Source of the DNA: an archaeon
GTDB taxonomy: Archaea > Iainarchaeota > Iainarchaeia > Iainarchaeales > Iainarchaeaceae
Length of the DNA stretch: 36,498 nucleotides
Reading direction: 5' to 3'
Assembly (NCBI GenBank): GCA_024653905.1
Contig: JANLGZ010000036.1
Span: forward strand, 1 to 36,498
The notes under the pieces are model-generated. The model was given only the letters and a program-made list of their open reading frames with translations, was not told where the DNA came from and ran no database searches. Of the stretch, positions 17,381-26,598 are shown one piece after another; the first letter of the stretch is position 1; each line of letters begins with the position of its first letter. The position numbers and the translations under genes were made by a program.

Positions 17381-17661
17381 TATCAAATCACCCCTTCATA
17401 AACAAGAACTGTTAGTTTACAATAATTGCTCATGACCATCTTAAAAATCCTTTTGCTAAACTCCTGTACATAACACTGCAGAAACCTGCAATGAACCATA
17501 CAAGCACTATCAAACCACGCAAAAAATCTGACAGAAATAATACTATCCTCACTCAAACACTGGAAAGTATACATAAAAAATATTTGAATTTCGAATACTA
17601 ATACCGGAAGAAGTTAACTTCCACAACTACTAGATTTTTTAACAACTTACATCTTACTCAC

Positions 17662-18882
17662 TTGTGGGTTGATTTATTGCAGATACAGAATATTTTCGAA
17701 AAAGAATTTGCAAAAGAAACTATTTTTCTTGATAGGAACATGATAACCCCGCATTACACCCCAAAAGTACTTCCTTTCAGGGAAATTTACATTGGAGATA
17801 TTTCAAACCTTGTTTCTAAAACATTAAGAGGCCAAAAAGCAGATAATCTTTTCATTTATGGTAAAACAGGCACGGGTAAAACATCTGTTACTAAGCATGT
17901 GATAGAGCAATTATTGGAATTTGCTTCACAAAAAAACCTCCCTGTTGAGGGAAATTATGTTAACTGCAGAAATCATAACTCAAAATACAGAGCTCTTGTG
18001 AAAATTGTGAAGGAGTTTTATCCCGAAGAAAATTTTCTGGGTTTTTCTGCTGCGTTTGTTTATGAAAAATTGCTTGATTATGCAAGGAAAGGAAAACACC
18101 TTATTCTTGTTCTGGATGAAATTGATAAAGTAAAGGATTTGGACGAACTTGTTTATGGTTTGACAAGATGCAATGATGAACTTGATAAAGGAAGCATTTC
18201 AATAATCGGGATTTCTAATAATTTAATGTTTAAAGACAGATTAGACCCAAGAACAAAAAGCAGTTTGTGCCAGCATGAAATGATTTTCCCGCCTTATAAT
18301 GCACAGGAACTTTCAGAAATACTTGAACAAAGAACAGCACTGGCTTTTAAAGCGAATTCTGTGGAAAGTTCAGCAATTCATCTTGCTGCTGCAATTGCAG
18401 CACAAGAATCAGGAGATGCAAGAACTGCAGTAATGCTTTTGCTTCACGCAGGAGAAATCTCAGACAAAAAAGGAAGCGGAAAAGTAACTGATGTTGAAGT
18501 TAAAAAAGCAAAAAAGCATGTGGAGGAAGAACTTATTTTCAATATGGTTTCTACGCTTCCTGAACAACAGCAATTAGTTTTGTATGCAATCGCTTCTCTT
18601 TCTCTTGAAAAACGACCAATGCACAAAATAACAGGCGCAATAGAAGTTGGAGTTTTATTTTCAGGGGAAATTTATGATGAGTACTGCAGGCTTTCTAAAA
18701 AATATAAAGAAACAACAGTTTCAGCAAGATGGTACAGGCAATATATTTCTGAATTGGAAATGTATGGTTTGATTGTTTCAACTAATTCTGGAAAAGGAAT
18801 TAAAGGCCAGACAAGATTAATCAAGCTTGGTTTTGATGCTGATAAAATTAAAGGTTTGATTGAAAAGGAACTTGCAGGCTAA
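17662..18882 (+). CDS. cdc6: Orc1/Cdc6 replication initiator
   Basis: Walker A GKTGTGKT, Walker B VLDEID, LDPRTKSSL, FPPYNA.EL, GDAR and a winged helix; exact start uncertain. Confidence 0.96.
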   Translation: MWVDLLQIQNIFEKEFAKETIFLDRNMITPHYTPKVLPFREIYIGDISNLVSKTLRGQKADNLFIYGKTGTGKTSVTKHVIEQLLEFASQKNLPVEGNYVNCRNHNSKYRALVKIVKEFYPEENFLGFSAAFVYEKLLDYARKGKHLILVLDEIDKVKDLDELVYGLTRCNDELDKGSISIIGISNNLMFKDRLDPRTKSSLCQHEMIFPPYNAQELSEILEQRTALAFKANSVESSAIHLAAAIAAQESGDARTAVMLLLHAGEISDKKGSGKVTDVEVKKAKKHVEEELIFNMVSTLPEQQQLVLYAIASLSLEKRPMHKITGAIEVGVLFSGEIYDEYCRLSKKYKETTVSARWYRQYISELEMYGLIVSTNSGKGIKGQTRLIKLGFDADKIKGLIEKELAG

Positions 18883-18916
18883 ACATTAAATACCCAAAAG
18901 AACACTTATTCTAACT

Positions 18917-19429
18917 ATGAAAGGACAAGGCGCTTTAGAATATTTACTTCTCATCGGAGGCGGAGTGCTTATTGCAGTTATAGCAATAACAATAATACTC
19001 ACGCTTGCAGGAACAGGAGATGAACAAGTAAACAACAGTGGCACAGACACCTTTGATGCTATTCAAAATATTGCTGCTGAATCATCAGAACTTACAGGAG
19101 GAAATGTTGGTTCACCTTTAACTCTTATTATTGATGACACCGATAGACCTAATGTATCCGTAACTGTTGGAGGATTAGACATAGTTAAAATGGAAGCCCA
19201 AATAAACCCTGAACTTATATGTTCTAAAGTAACTGGAACGTGGAAATGTAACTTTCCCACTGGACAAGGCTCACTTGAAATTGGAAGAAGTTATACTCTA
19301 ATAGTAAAATGTTGGGTGAATGGAACTGCTCTTGATGGAGATCCAACCAAAATAATAACCAAAGATTTTATAGTTGGAGAACAAACTGAAATCCACACTA
19401 GTATCGGTTCAACAACCAATAGAGGCTAA
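18917..19429 (+). CDS. Class III signal peptide protein (archaeal type IV pilin-like)
   Basis: MKG/QGALEYLLLIGG prepilin motif followed by a hydrophobic helix. Confidence 0.88.
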   Translation: MKGQGALEYLLLIGGGVLIAVIAITIILTLAGTGDEQVNNSGTDTFDAIQNIAAESSELTGGNVGSPLTLIIDDTDRPNVSVTVGGLDIVKMEAQINPELICSKVTGTWKCNFPTGQGSLEIGRSYTLIVKCWVNGTALDGDPTKIITKDFIVGEQTEIHTSIGSTTNRG

Positions 19430-19457
19430 TGCAATAGACACAGCGTGCCAAATTAAA

Positions 19458-22400
19458 CTATTTTTTCATCAAAAGCTGTTGTTTCACACTTATTGCTATT
19501 TTTGGACTCAGGATTTTTTCCAAATCCTTAACATCAATTTTTTTCACATCAGAAATGCTTTTAATTCCAGAATTGAATAATCTTCTTGCCCTAACTCTTC
19601 CTATTCCTCTTAATTCACAGAGCATTACAAGTTCTTCTTTAATTCCGTTTTTGAGGCGCTTTCGCATTTTATTTAAAGGAGAAAAATGTTCCTGCAAACC
19701 AATAATTTTTGCTAATTCTAAGGCAGAGTAAGCAAGCCAGTCAGCATTCTGAAGTTTTGCTCTTAGAATCCCGGGCTGTACTTTAAAAGAATCAACCAAA
19801 TCCTGTTCTTTAACTTCCTCAACCCAATCTTTAAGCAAGAAGCTTGTCCAGAGTTTGGAAAGAATATTATTATCAGTGAACATTTCAACATCTGCATTAA
19901 TTGGAAGAAGTTCTTTATTTTCCTGTAATTGTTCCCAGAGTTCAGCTTCCTTGGAAGCAGGAGAAGAAACTAAAGGAGTAAATTCAGAAGTGTTAGTAAT
20001 CGTGAATAAGTAAGCAAGGTCATTGAATTTGTTCTGCTTTAAGGAAGTTATTATTGAAAATGCAGACATTGGATCAAGGTAAAGTTCAGTGACTCTTTTT
20101 CCCAAAGGAGTAGCATCTATTCTGTTTTCATCAGCATCAACAAAACCCATTTCTTCTAATTCTTTTACAATAGAAATTATTTTTCTGAATAAACTTGAAA
20201 GGTTCCCTGTTTGAGCAGCATAAAAGGTTTGCGAAAAAAACTTTTCAGCAGATTCCAAATCAAAAACAAAACCTGTTGAAATAACAGCCAATAAATGAAA
20301 TCTCAACGCTGTTTCTGAAGCTAATTTTGAATCCATGTTTTCTATTTCGCCATTAATAAAATAATCAAAATAATCATCCTTCTCAAATTCAGTTTTTGCA
20401 AGGAGTATTGCCTGACCTTCAGAATCATATTTGGGTCTGCCACTGTTATGGATAACCAATCCGTTGGCAATAAAATTATGCCCTGTTTCAAGCGTAAAAT
20501 CATAGACATACTCATCCACGAGTATTTTTCTCATGCACTTTATTTGGTCGGGGCACACTTGCCCAACCATGTTTTTATTGGAAACGCCATTAAACTGGGA
20601 TTTGGTCACGCTAACTTCCCATATGTGACTTTGCCTAAATGAATTGGGTTTTTTCCTACAAATCCTTGGAATCCACCCAAGCTTTGAAAACATGAGGCAG
20701 AAGTCGCGTGCGAGACGTTCGCTACTTGTAATCAAAAAGTATGAGTTTCCGGTTTCCCAACCATCACAATCACTGTACTCTTTGACAAATGCCTTTGCCA
20801 TTTCGTCAGGCAGATAAAACAACACCTCAGGCAATTTCAGAATAAAAGCCTTTTTCCCGGAAGGAACGCCCAGATTGGCAAGAAAATCACCTATCGGAAG
20901 AGATTTGAAACCGCAACAATAAGAGCCACGCCTCCATTTTGCTTTGGTTTTCTTGCCAAAAAGCGAATAAACCATTGAAGAATATTCCTCCTGAACACCA
21001 CGATTCTTGTTATAATACCTAATCAGATAAGAGTTGTCTTTTTTATTATAGTAAATCGAGCCATCAGACATTATTTTTGCGATGAACCTGCACAGATTTA
21101 CAGACCATTCAAGAGGGAATTTGTGTGCTTGATGACCAGTTTTGTTCATCAGCAAATCTTCTTTCCTCACAAATTTTTCCGAAGAAACATACTCAATCGG
21201 GGCACTTACTTCCCCCATAACACTAAATGCCACAGGGCAAGACAGGTAATCCGAAACTTTATGTGTTTCACCCACCTCCAAACTTTGGGCTTCACGCCAC
21301 TCATAAGGGTTTGGAAACGGTTTCGAACCATCATAAAACCAGTGCTGCAATTGTCTTGATTTTTCTGGCACCCCAAGCACCATAGCTGCTTTAGTCGGAC
21401 CAAACCCCTGCTCGTTTCTAAGCCTAAAGGATTCTGCGTAAAGTTCTTGGGCATTGGAAAAAGGCGAAATTCTCGGTTTTCCCGCGGCTATTTTGGTAAA
21501 ACAAAGCATGGGGTGTTCAGGAGTAACCCTTATTCTTTTCCCCCCACGGGTCTCTATCTCAATCAATTCTTGTGCCTTCCTTTTCCACAAAGAACGGACA
21601 GAAAAAATTTTTACAGACCCAGTTTCAAGTTCAACTCCAAGTAACTCCAACTTGCCATCTGCCTCTTTTTTCCCGACCTCGTCCGAACCAAAAAAGCGGG
21701 AAAAAATTTCCTCAACCCTTTTTACTCCATTGTTAGTGTATACCACGGTGTCTCCAGAAACACAACGCCCAGCCATTTGCTTCCATTCCGAAACTGGAAT
21801 TCTGTCCATCCCATAACCGGTGTAACGATAAGGGGTTTGTAGAATTACTCTATAAGCAGGAAGATTTACCCCCGCGGCTAAAGTTGGCGTTGAAGCAATA
21901 AATTTCAAATAATTTCTCCTGAACAAATCCTCGACAATTTCTCTTTGTTTCTGAAGCAAACCAGCATTGTGAAAACAACTCCCTTTCTTTATTAGTTCAG
22001 CAATTGTTCTGCACTGAACAGTGGGTTGTTCCAATACACTTAAAACTTTTTCAGCAGAATCATTCAAAACATTTTTTTCCTTTTCTGTGAGGACTTTTTC
22101 GGTGATATTCGCAAGTTTTTTTGCAGTAGCCTCACTGCTTCTTTTTGTGTTAGAAAAAACCAAAGCCTGTTTTCCTTTCTTAAGAGTATCAAGGCAAATA
22201 GAAATAGTTGGATCAGTGCTTAGAGTAACATCCTGAGAAGTTTCACCAAAATCAATTTTATCATCTAAAAAAACCCCTTCCTTTAATTCAACAGGCCTGT
22301 AATCGCTTTCAACTAACTCAGCACCAAGCCATTTGGAAAGATCTTTTGCATTTGGAATAGTTGCACTTAAACCAAGAACCTGAATATTCTTGTTCAGAAA

Positions 22401-22877
22401 ACGGAGCTTTGTAATAAGCATTTCTAAAGTAGCCCCTCTATCAGAACCAATGGAATGAATCTCATCCACCACAAGCAAACCTATTTGGGAGAGCCAATCC
22501 GCACGATGGTTCAGAAGCGAATTTAGTTTTTCATAAGTAGTAAAAATAATGTCTTTTTGTGAAAGATATTTTCCAGCAGAATCAAAATCACCAGTGCTTA
22601 AAACAGTTTTAATTCCGAGTTCGGCTGAATATTTATTTTTAAAATCATTAGAATGCTCAGAAGCCAATGCTCTTAATGGACAGGTGTAAACAACTTTTTT
22701 TCTGTTTTTTAAAATTGAATTTAAAGAAGCTAATTCAGCAACAACTGTTTTGCCTGAAGCTGTGGGAGAACTAACCACAATACTTTTTTCCAAAACACCC
22801 GCATCAATTGCTTTTTTCTGCATTGGATTGAATGAATCAAAACCATTGTGATGTTTTACTAATTCAATTATTTCCAT
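19458..22877 (-). CDS. hel308: Ski2-like helicase Hel308/Hjm precursor with intein (about 699 aa after splicing)
   Basis: PTASGKT, DEIH, LSAT, TPTLAAGVNLP, QMAGR|SGRP motifs and C-terminal GIGRVRARRL. Confidence 0.95.
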   Translation of the reverse strand: MEIIELVKHHNGFDSFNPMQKKAIDAGVLEKSIVVSSPTASGKTVVAELASLNSILKNRKKVVYTCPLRALASEHSNDFKNKYSAELGIKTVLSTGDFDSAGKYLSQKDIIFTTYEKLNSLLNHRADWLSQIGLLVVDEIHSIGSDRGATLEMLITKLRFLNKNIQVLGLSATIPNAKDLSKWLGAELVESDYRPVELKEGVFLDDKIDFGETSQDVTLSTDPTISICLDTLKKGKQALVFSNTKRSSEATAKKLANITEKVLTEKEKNVLNDSAEKVLSVLEQPTVQCRTIAELIKKGSCFHNAGLLQKQREIVEDLFRRNYLKFIASTPTLAAGVNLPAYRVILQTPYRYTGYGMDRIPVSEWKQMAGRCVSGDTVVYTNNGVKRVEEIFSRFFGSDEVGKKEADGKLELLGVELETGSVKIFSVRSLWKRKAQELIEIETRGGKRIRVTPEHPMLCFTKIAAGKPRISPFSNAQELYAESFRLRNEQGFGPTKAAMVLGVPEKSRQLQHWFYDGSKPFPNPYEWREAQSLEVGETHKVSDYLSCPVAFSVMGEVSAPIEYVSSEKFVRKEDLLMNKTGHQAHKFPLEWSVNLCRFIAKIMSDGSIYYNKKDNSYLIRYYNKNRGVQEEYSSMVYSLFGKKTKAKWRRGSYCCGFKSLPIGDFLANLGVPSGKKAFILKLPEVLFYLPDEMAKAFVKEYSDCDGWETGNSYFLITSSERLARDFCLMFSKLGWIPRICRKKPNSFRQSHIWEVSVTKSQFNGVSNKNMVGQVCPDQIKCMRKILVDEYVYDFTLETGHNFIANGLVIHNSGRPKYDSEGQAILLAKTEFEKDDYFDYFINGEIENMDSKLASETALRFHLLAVISTGFVFDLESAEKFFSQTFYAAQTGNLSSLFRKIISIVKELEEMGFVDADENRIDATPLGKRVTELYLDPMSAFSIITSLKQNKFNDLAYLFTITNTSEFTPLVSSPASKEAELWEQLQENKELLPINADVEMFTDNNILSKLWTSFLLKDWVEEVKEQDLVDSFKVQPGILRAKLQNADWLAYSALELAKIIGLQEHFSPLNKMRKRLKNGIKEELVMLCELRGIGRVRARRLFNSGIKSISDVKKIDVKDLEKILSPKIAISVKQQLLMKK
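20445..21764 (-). mobile_element. Intein (440 aa) with LAGLIDADG homing endonuclease
   Basis: Starts CVSGDT; block B TPEHP; endonuclease blocks FIAKIMSDGS and FVKEYSDCDG; ends VYDFTLETGHNFIANGLVIHN, followed by Ser. Confidence 0.96.
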
Positions 22878-22929
22878 AAAAAAAATACGAAAAAATACCT
22901 TTTCTCAAAACTAAACCATTTATTTCAAA

Positions 22930-23109
22930 TTATTCTGGGTGAAAGCGAGTCTTTTTTCTTACAACGCAAAAAACATTTTCTTCAAGAATAATTTGCTGAG
23001 ATTTATGCCTGCCGGTTTTTACAATAATTTTTGGTTTTTTTATTTTTCTGGCTTCAGCCACAATTAAATCACCTTTAATTGCATCCCCTACTTCATAAAG
23101 GATTGTCAT
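22930..23109 (-). CDS. Possible 59-aa basic protein (below the ORF-track cutoff)
   Basis: ATG overlaps the TGA of the RHH gene; MTILYEVGDAIKGDLIVAEARKIKKPKIIVKTGRHK...RFHPE. Confidence 0.4.
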   Translation of the reverse strand: MTILYEVGDAIKGDLIVAEARKIKKPKIIVKTGRHKSQQIILEENVFCVVRKKTRFHPE

Positions 23110-23462
23110 TCAATAACCTCTACTTTCTTTTCCTTGATTAATTCATCCACAATTTTAACAGTCATCTCCAAATCCAACCTAAGTTCATTTGCAATTTCCT
23201 CATAATACGCTTCATTATTTTTCTTATAATACTCCAAAATTTCCTTTTTAGCAGTACCATAATCAACATCCCTAAGGTATATGACTTCTGTTCCTTCTAA
23301 TTTTTCTCTTACTGCCCCCCGAATGAAATCAGAAACATTCAAAAAAACACCTGCATTAACCATTTGTTTTATTTTTCTATACTCAAGAGGAGTCAATTTT
23401 ACCCCTACTGCTTTTGCTTTTAAAGTTTCCTGCTTTGTTTTGAACATATAAAAATTATACAT
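23106..23462 (-). CDS. RHH (CopG/Arc/MetJ-like) plus winged-helix DNA-binding protein
   Basis: VGVKL....IKQMV.AG.F.NVSDFIRGAVREKL, then EILEYY....YYEEIANELRLDL...VDEL. Confidence 0.8.
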   Translation of the reverse strand: MYNFYMFKTKQETLKAKAVGVKLTPLEYRKIKQMVNAGVFLNVSDFIRGAVREKLEGTEVIYLRDVDYGTAKKEILEYYKKNNEAYYEEIANELRLDLEMTVKIVDELIKEKKVEVIE

Positions 23463-23478
23463 GGTTAACCATATATAA

Positions 23479-23733
23479 CTAAGTTATTTGTGTAACTGCA
23501 ACCAGTTCATCTTTCAAAGCAAGATGTTCATATGCTTTTTGCAGGGCTAAAATTGCTTTTGGAATCTCATTTATATTAAGAGAATTGGTGGATTTCCATT
23601 GCTCTCCTATTTTGTAATTTTTCTGTATTGAAACGCTCTTAAAATGCCTTCCTTCTTTAGCATCATTTTCCCATACAGAAACACTCACGTTCCCTGCCTG
23701 AAATTTTGCAATCGGAGTTTTGTTTTCAACCAT
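23479..23733 (-). CDS. Small protein, probably a PC4-like ssDNA-binding fold
   Basis: KFQAG.VSVSVWEN...SVSIQKNYK...WKSTNSL...EIPKAIL.L.KAY; SD aggtgg. The fold is inferred. Confidence 0.65.
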   Translation of the reverse strand: MVENKTPIAKFQAGNVSVSVWENDAKEGRHFKSVSIQKNYKIGEQWKSTNSLNINEIPKAILALQKAYEHLALKDELVAVTQIT

Positions 23734-23751
23734 GATTTTACCACCTGCCCA

Positions 23752-23835
23752 CTAATAGGTTCTCCACACTTTCTGCCTTGGATTTTGTGTTGGTTCCCTT
23801 GTTTCTACAAACCTTACTAATCTAAACGCATACAT
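23752..23835 (-). CDS. Possible 27-aa small protein MYAFRLVRFVETREPTQNPRQKVWRTY
   Basis: Strong SD gaggtga just upstream of the ATG; TATA tttataaa at 23869-23876. Confidence 0.45.
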   Translation of the reverse strand: MYAFRLVRFVETREPTQNPRQKVWRTY

Positions 23836-23895
23836 TAAATCACCTCTGAAATAAATGAGATCTGAGAGTTTATAAAGAACTGGAAGGGGTGGGTT

Positions 23896-23949
23896 GCCGG
23901 TGCGAATACGGATGAGCGCCGGTGCGAATACGGATGAGCGCCGGTGCGA
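23896..23949. repeat. 22-bp GC-rich tandem repeat, about 2.5 copies
   Basis: gccggtgcgaatacggatgagc twice, then gccggtgcga. Confidence 0.95.
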
Positions 23950-23963
23950 GAAATGCGAAATAT

Positions 23964-24827
23964 TCATTTCCTGAACAAATTCTGAACTTCTGCTTCTGAA
24001 AACCCTGGAGGCAAAATACCCTGATCAGCATATAAATAAAGAAGCGTTTTGTAAATCTGGCTAATTGCTGATTGTATAAGAATCATTATCAGGAAACCAA
24101 AAACAAAGAATAATGCGACTGCAACACCAATAAGTGGTTCGATTGCAATTGCAGAAATAATCGCAACAGCCCCAATAATTACCCAGATTAAAAACATTGC
24201 AAAGAAAATTAGGCCTGTGCTGAAACCAATGAACAATGCTTCTTTCCAAGTGGCTTTGAGAGTTTCTCCTGATTTTTTTATTGTATCAATAACTCCTAAA
24301 TTTTGGTAAACAATAACCGGAATAATAAAAAAAGTAAGCAAACCCCATGCAAGACCAATGATTCCTCTTAAAATTCCGAGTAATAAAGGGCCTATTCCTT
24401 TTACTTTTCTTGCGGCACTTTCAATAGCATTCATTATCAGACCCACAAGAGCTGAAAGTACAGCCCACTGTAAAATAACTCCAAATCGCGAGAATGCAAA
24501 ACTAATTGATGAACTCATTGATTCTCCACTGCCTTCAATTCTTGATTTTACGGCATGAACCAGAGCTACATTGAAAAAAATTGCTAAAAAGGATGTTCCG
24601 ATATAATAAGCAAAAAGAACAGCCAAATAAAGAACATTTCCAAACGATTCAGTGTCAGTGTTTACTGATAAAGCACCTGTAATAACGAACGGGGCAAAAA
24701 AACCAACCAAAAGAAGAATAGAAAAGAATGCAGAAAGGAAAGGAAAAATCATTAACTTTTTTTCTTCCATCAACATTGCAAAAGAAACCTTGGTTAATTT
24801 CCAACCAGCTTTAATAGATTCAAACAT
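23964..24827 (-). CDS. DUF6159-like membrane protein
   Basis: L.EEKKLMIFP, F.NVAL, I.QWA..SA.VG, W...TFF.IP, IKKS...K.TW.E, K.LLY.YA pattern. Confidence 0.75.
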   Translation of the reverse strand: MFESIKAGWKLTKVSFAMLMEEKKLMIFPFLSAFFSILLLVGFFAPFVITGALSVNTDTESFGNVLYLAVLFAYYIGTSFLAIFFNVALVHAVKSRIEGSGESMSSSISFAFSRFGVILQWAVLSALVGLIMNAIESAARKVKGIGPLLLGILRGIIGLAWGLLTFFIIPVIVYQNLGVIDTIKKSGETLKATWKEALFIGFSTGLIFFAMFLIWVIIGAVAIISAIAIEPLIGVAVALFFVFGFLIMILIQSAISQIYKTLLYLYADQGILPPGFSEAEVQNLFRK

Positions 24828-24896
24828 TAAAGAAATAATATGCCTTTTTTGAATTTAAAGCTAACGGGCAGAAATAACTTTTTAATCCAAGGCAAA

Positions 24897-24985
24897 AAAA
24901 ATGATTTAATAAAAAAAAGCCAATGAAAAAATTAAAAATGATTTAATAAAAAAAAAGTTAATGAAAAAAAGTTAATGAAAAAATA
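24897..24985. repeat. AT-rich imperfect tandem duplication
   Basis: aaaaatgatttaataaaaaaaa twice, about 37 bp apart; gttaatgaaaaaa twice. Confidence 0.8.
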
Positions 24986-25072
24986 TTGCTTATAAAAAAA
25001 GACAAAGTAAAAATATTGATTGATTTAAGATTAATGAAAAGAATTTGATTTTATTTTTTTTGGATGTTAATT

Positions 25073-25579
25073 TTATTTTTTATACTGCGCCCAATTCGCA
25101 AAAGCCCCTAACTCTCGCGGAGTTGGGTCTGCCTCATGCCCATTTGGAAGAATCTTGATTATCTTTATTCCCCGTTTATTTGACCGCTCGTATTCAAAAA
25201 CCTGTCTTACAAACGTAAAACCATTCAATTTCATTGCACGAAATCGCATATTAAACTCGTTTGCTTCCTCGACAGTAGCGGTCCTTGGTTTGCCTTTCCC
25301 GTTTTTGTCCTGAACCATTACTACTCTCCGCCCTTTATCTACACTGTTTTCAAAGACAGTTGCACCACTAGAAAGAGTCAGTCTATCCCCATTAGAAGCA
25401 CGGGCTTCTCTCGAAGGCGGCAATCCGCTATGATCACGGGGCCTGGAATTAACCTTTGATTCAACTGCAGGCTTAGAACTTGGTTTAGCGAGAGGCAAAG
25501 ATTTGGACTTAACCGCAGGTGCAGGTCTGGGCTTAGGCTTAGGAGGCGATTTTTTTGGCGGTGTTTTTACGTGAACCAT
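25073..25579 (-). CDS. Hypothetical basic protein with Pro/Lys-rich disordered N-terminus
   Basis: 168-aa ORF starting 8 bp after the upstream gene's stop. Confidence 0.65.
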   Translation of the reverse strand: MVHVKTPPKKSPPKPKPRPAPAVKSKSLPLAKPSSKPAVESKVNSRPRDHSGLPPSREARASNGDRLTLSSGATVFENSVDKGRRVVMVQDKNGKGKPRTATVEEANEFNMRFRAMKLNGFTFVRQVFEYERSNKRGIKIIKILPNGHEADPTPRELGAFANWAQYKK

Positions 25580-25587
25580 TTTTCATC

Positions 25588-26226
25588 TTACTCCTTTGCC
25601 CATTTTTTGATTAATTGCAAAGATTTTATTTCTTCCTCGAGTTTGGAAACTTTTTTACTCAAATCATCAATTTTGGAAGTTGAAATTTCACTCCGAAAAT
25701 CCTGCAAAATATCAGCATACTTTCCTACTTTTTTATCATCTTTGTAAACAATACTGTTTTGTACAGTTTCAACAAGATTTTTTCTGTATTCTAAATCATC
25801 AACAAACATTTTCACCATGGGTTTCCATTTCGGGTCAGCAACTAAATGAACAGGTAATGAAACCGAACCTGCATCGCTTTTGTAATCAGGATCTGAAATT
25901 GTTTTTGCAACATGTTTCCAGTACAATGGTTCTGCGAATTTTTTAAATTGATGCCTTTGATGATAGGTTTTTGCTTGTGAAAGTTTTTCTTTCCAAGTAT
26001 TATTTTTTTTAGAATAAACATCCTTCAATTCTTCAAGTTCTTTTATCTGAACATCAATTCTCATAGGGGAAGGATAAGCTAATTTTGGCCAGGGTTTTCC
26101 GGATTTTACCGCACTAATAACCCCGCCTCGAATGAAGTACTTTTCTAAAGCTTGGTAACGCTCATCTTTAGTGACTTCAAAATTTTCATCAAAAGCCCGC
26201 ATAGAGCTTATAATATTGCTTGCCAT
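25588..26226 (-). CDS. Hypothetical coiled-coil protein
   Basis: 212 aa, genome-typical K/E-rich composition; TATA-like tttattaa upstream. Confidence 0.75.
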   Translation of the reverse strand: MASNIISSMRAFDENFEVTKDERYQALEKYFIRGGVISAVKSGKPWPKLAYPSPMRIDVQIKELEELKDVYSKKNNTWKEKLSQAKTYHQRHQFKKFAEPLYWKHVAKTISDPDYKSDAGSVSLPVHLVADPKWKPMVKMFVDDLEYRKNLVETVQNSIVYKDDKKVGKYADILQDFRSEISTSKIDDLSKKVSKLEEEIKSLQLIKKWAKE

Positions 26227-26454
26227 AAGAAGAAGAATGATTCAAGGATTAATAAATGTTACAGAAAACAATTGAATTGGTTTTTAGATGGTTTCAGGCC
26301 CGCACACTAACTTTTGAACTAAAAAAACAAAATCAGGTTTTGTGAAAATCATTTATAAATATGTAAAAGTACCATTATAAGCAAAACAACAATTCTATCC
26401 TCTTTCCAATTTGAAACAAAAAACCTTAAATTCTGGTTGAATATCAATAATACT

Positions 26455-26598
26455 ATGGAAACTGTTACTATTTCAAAAAAAGAGTATGAACTACTCAAAA
26501 GAAACGCAACCGTAGACAATGAACTTGTGCAAAGCATTAAAAAAAGTCTGAAAGACATTAAGGAAGGAAGAATAAGCGAATGGACGCCTTCTAAATAA
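26455..26598 (+). CDS. Putative 47-aa antitoxin (not in the ORF track)
   Basis: METVTISKKEYELLKRNATVDNELVQSIKKSLKDIKEGRISEWTPSK; promoter-like aaaaaccttaaat upstream; convergent with relE. Confidence 0.7.
   Translation: METVTISKKEYELLKRNATVDNELVQSIKKSLKDIKEGRISEWTPSK

Noticed and set aside
17383-17574. 63-aa minus-strand ORF upstream of sepF
   Set aside because: Atypical composition and no recognisable motif; more likely regulatory DNA.
20448-21816. Several alternative-frame ORFs within the intein
   Set aside because: Shadow ORFs favoured by the higher GC content; no recognisable motifs.
23896-23949. CRISPR array
   Set aside because: The repeats are contiguous with no spacers, and there are no cas genes.
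26349-26558. 69-aa minus-strand ORF after relE as its partner
   Set aside because: It is the antisense shadow of the better-supported 47-aa + strand ORF.
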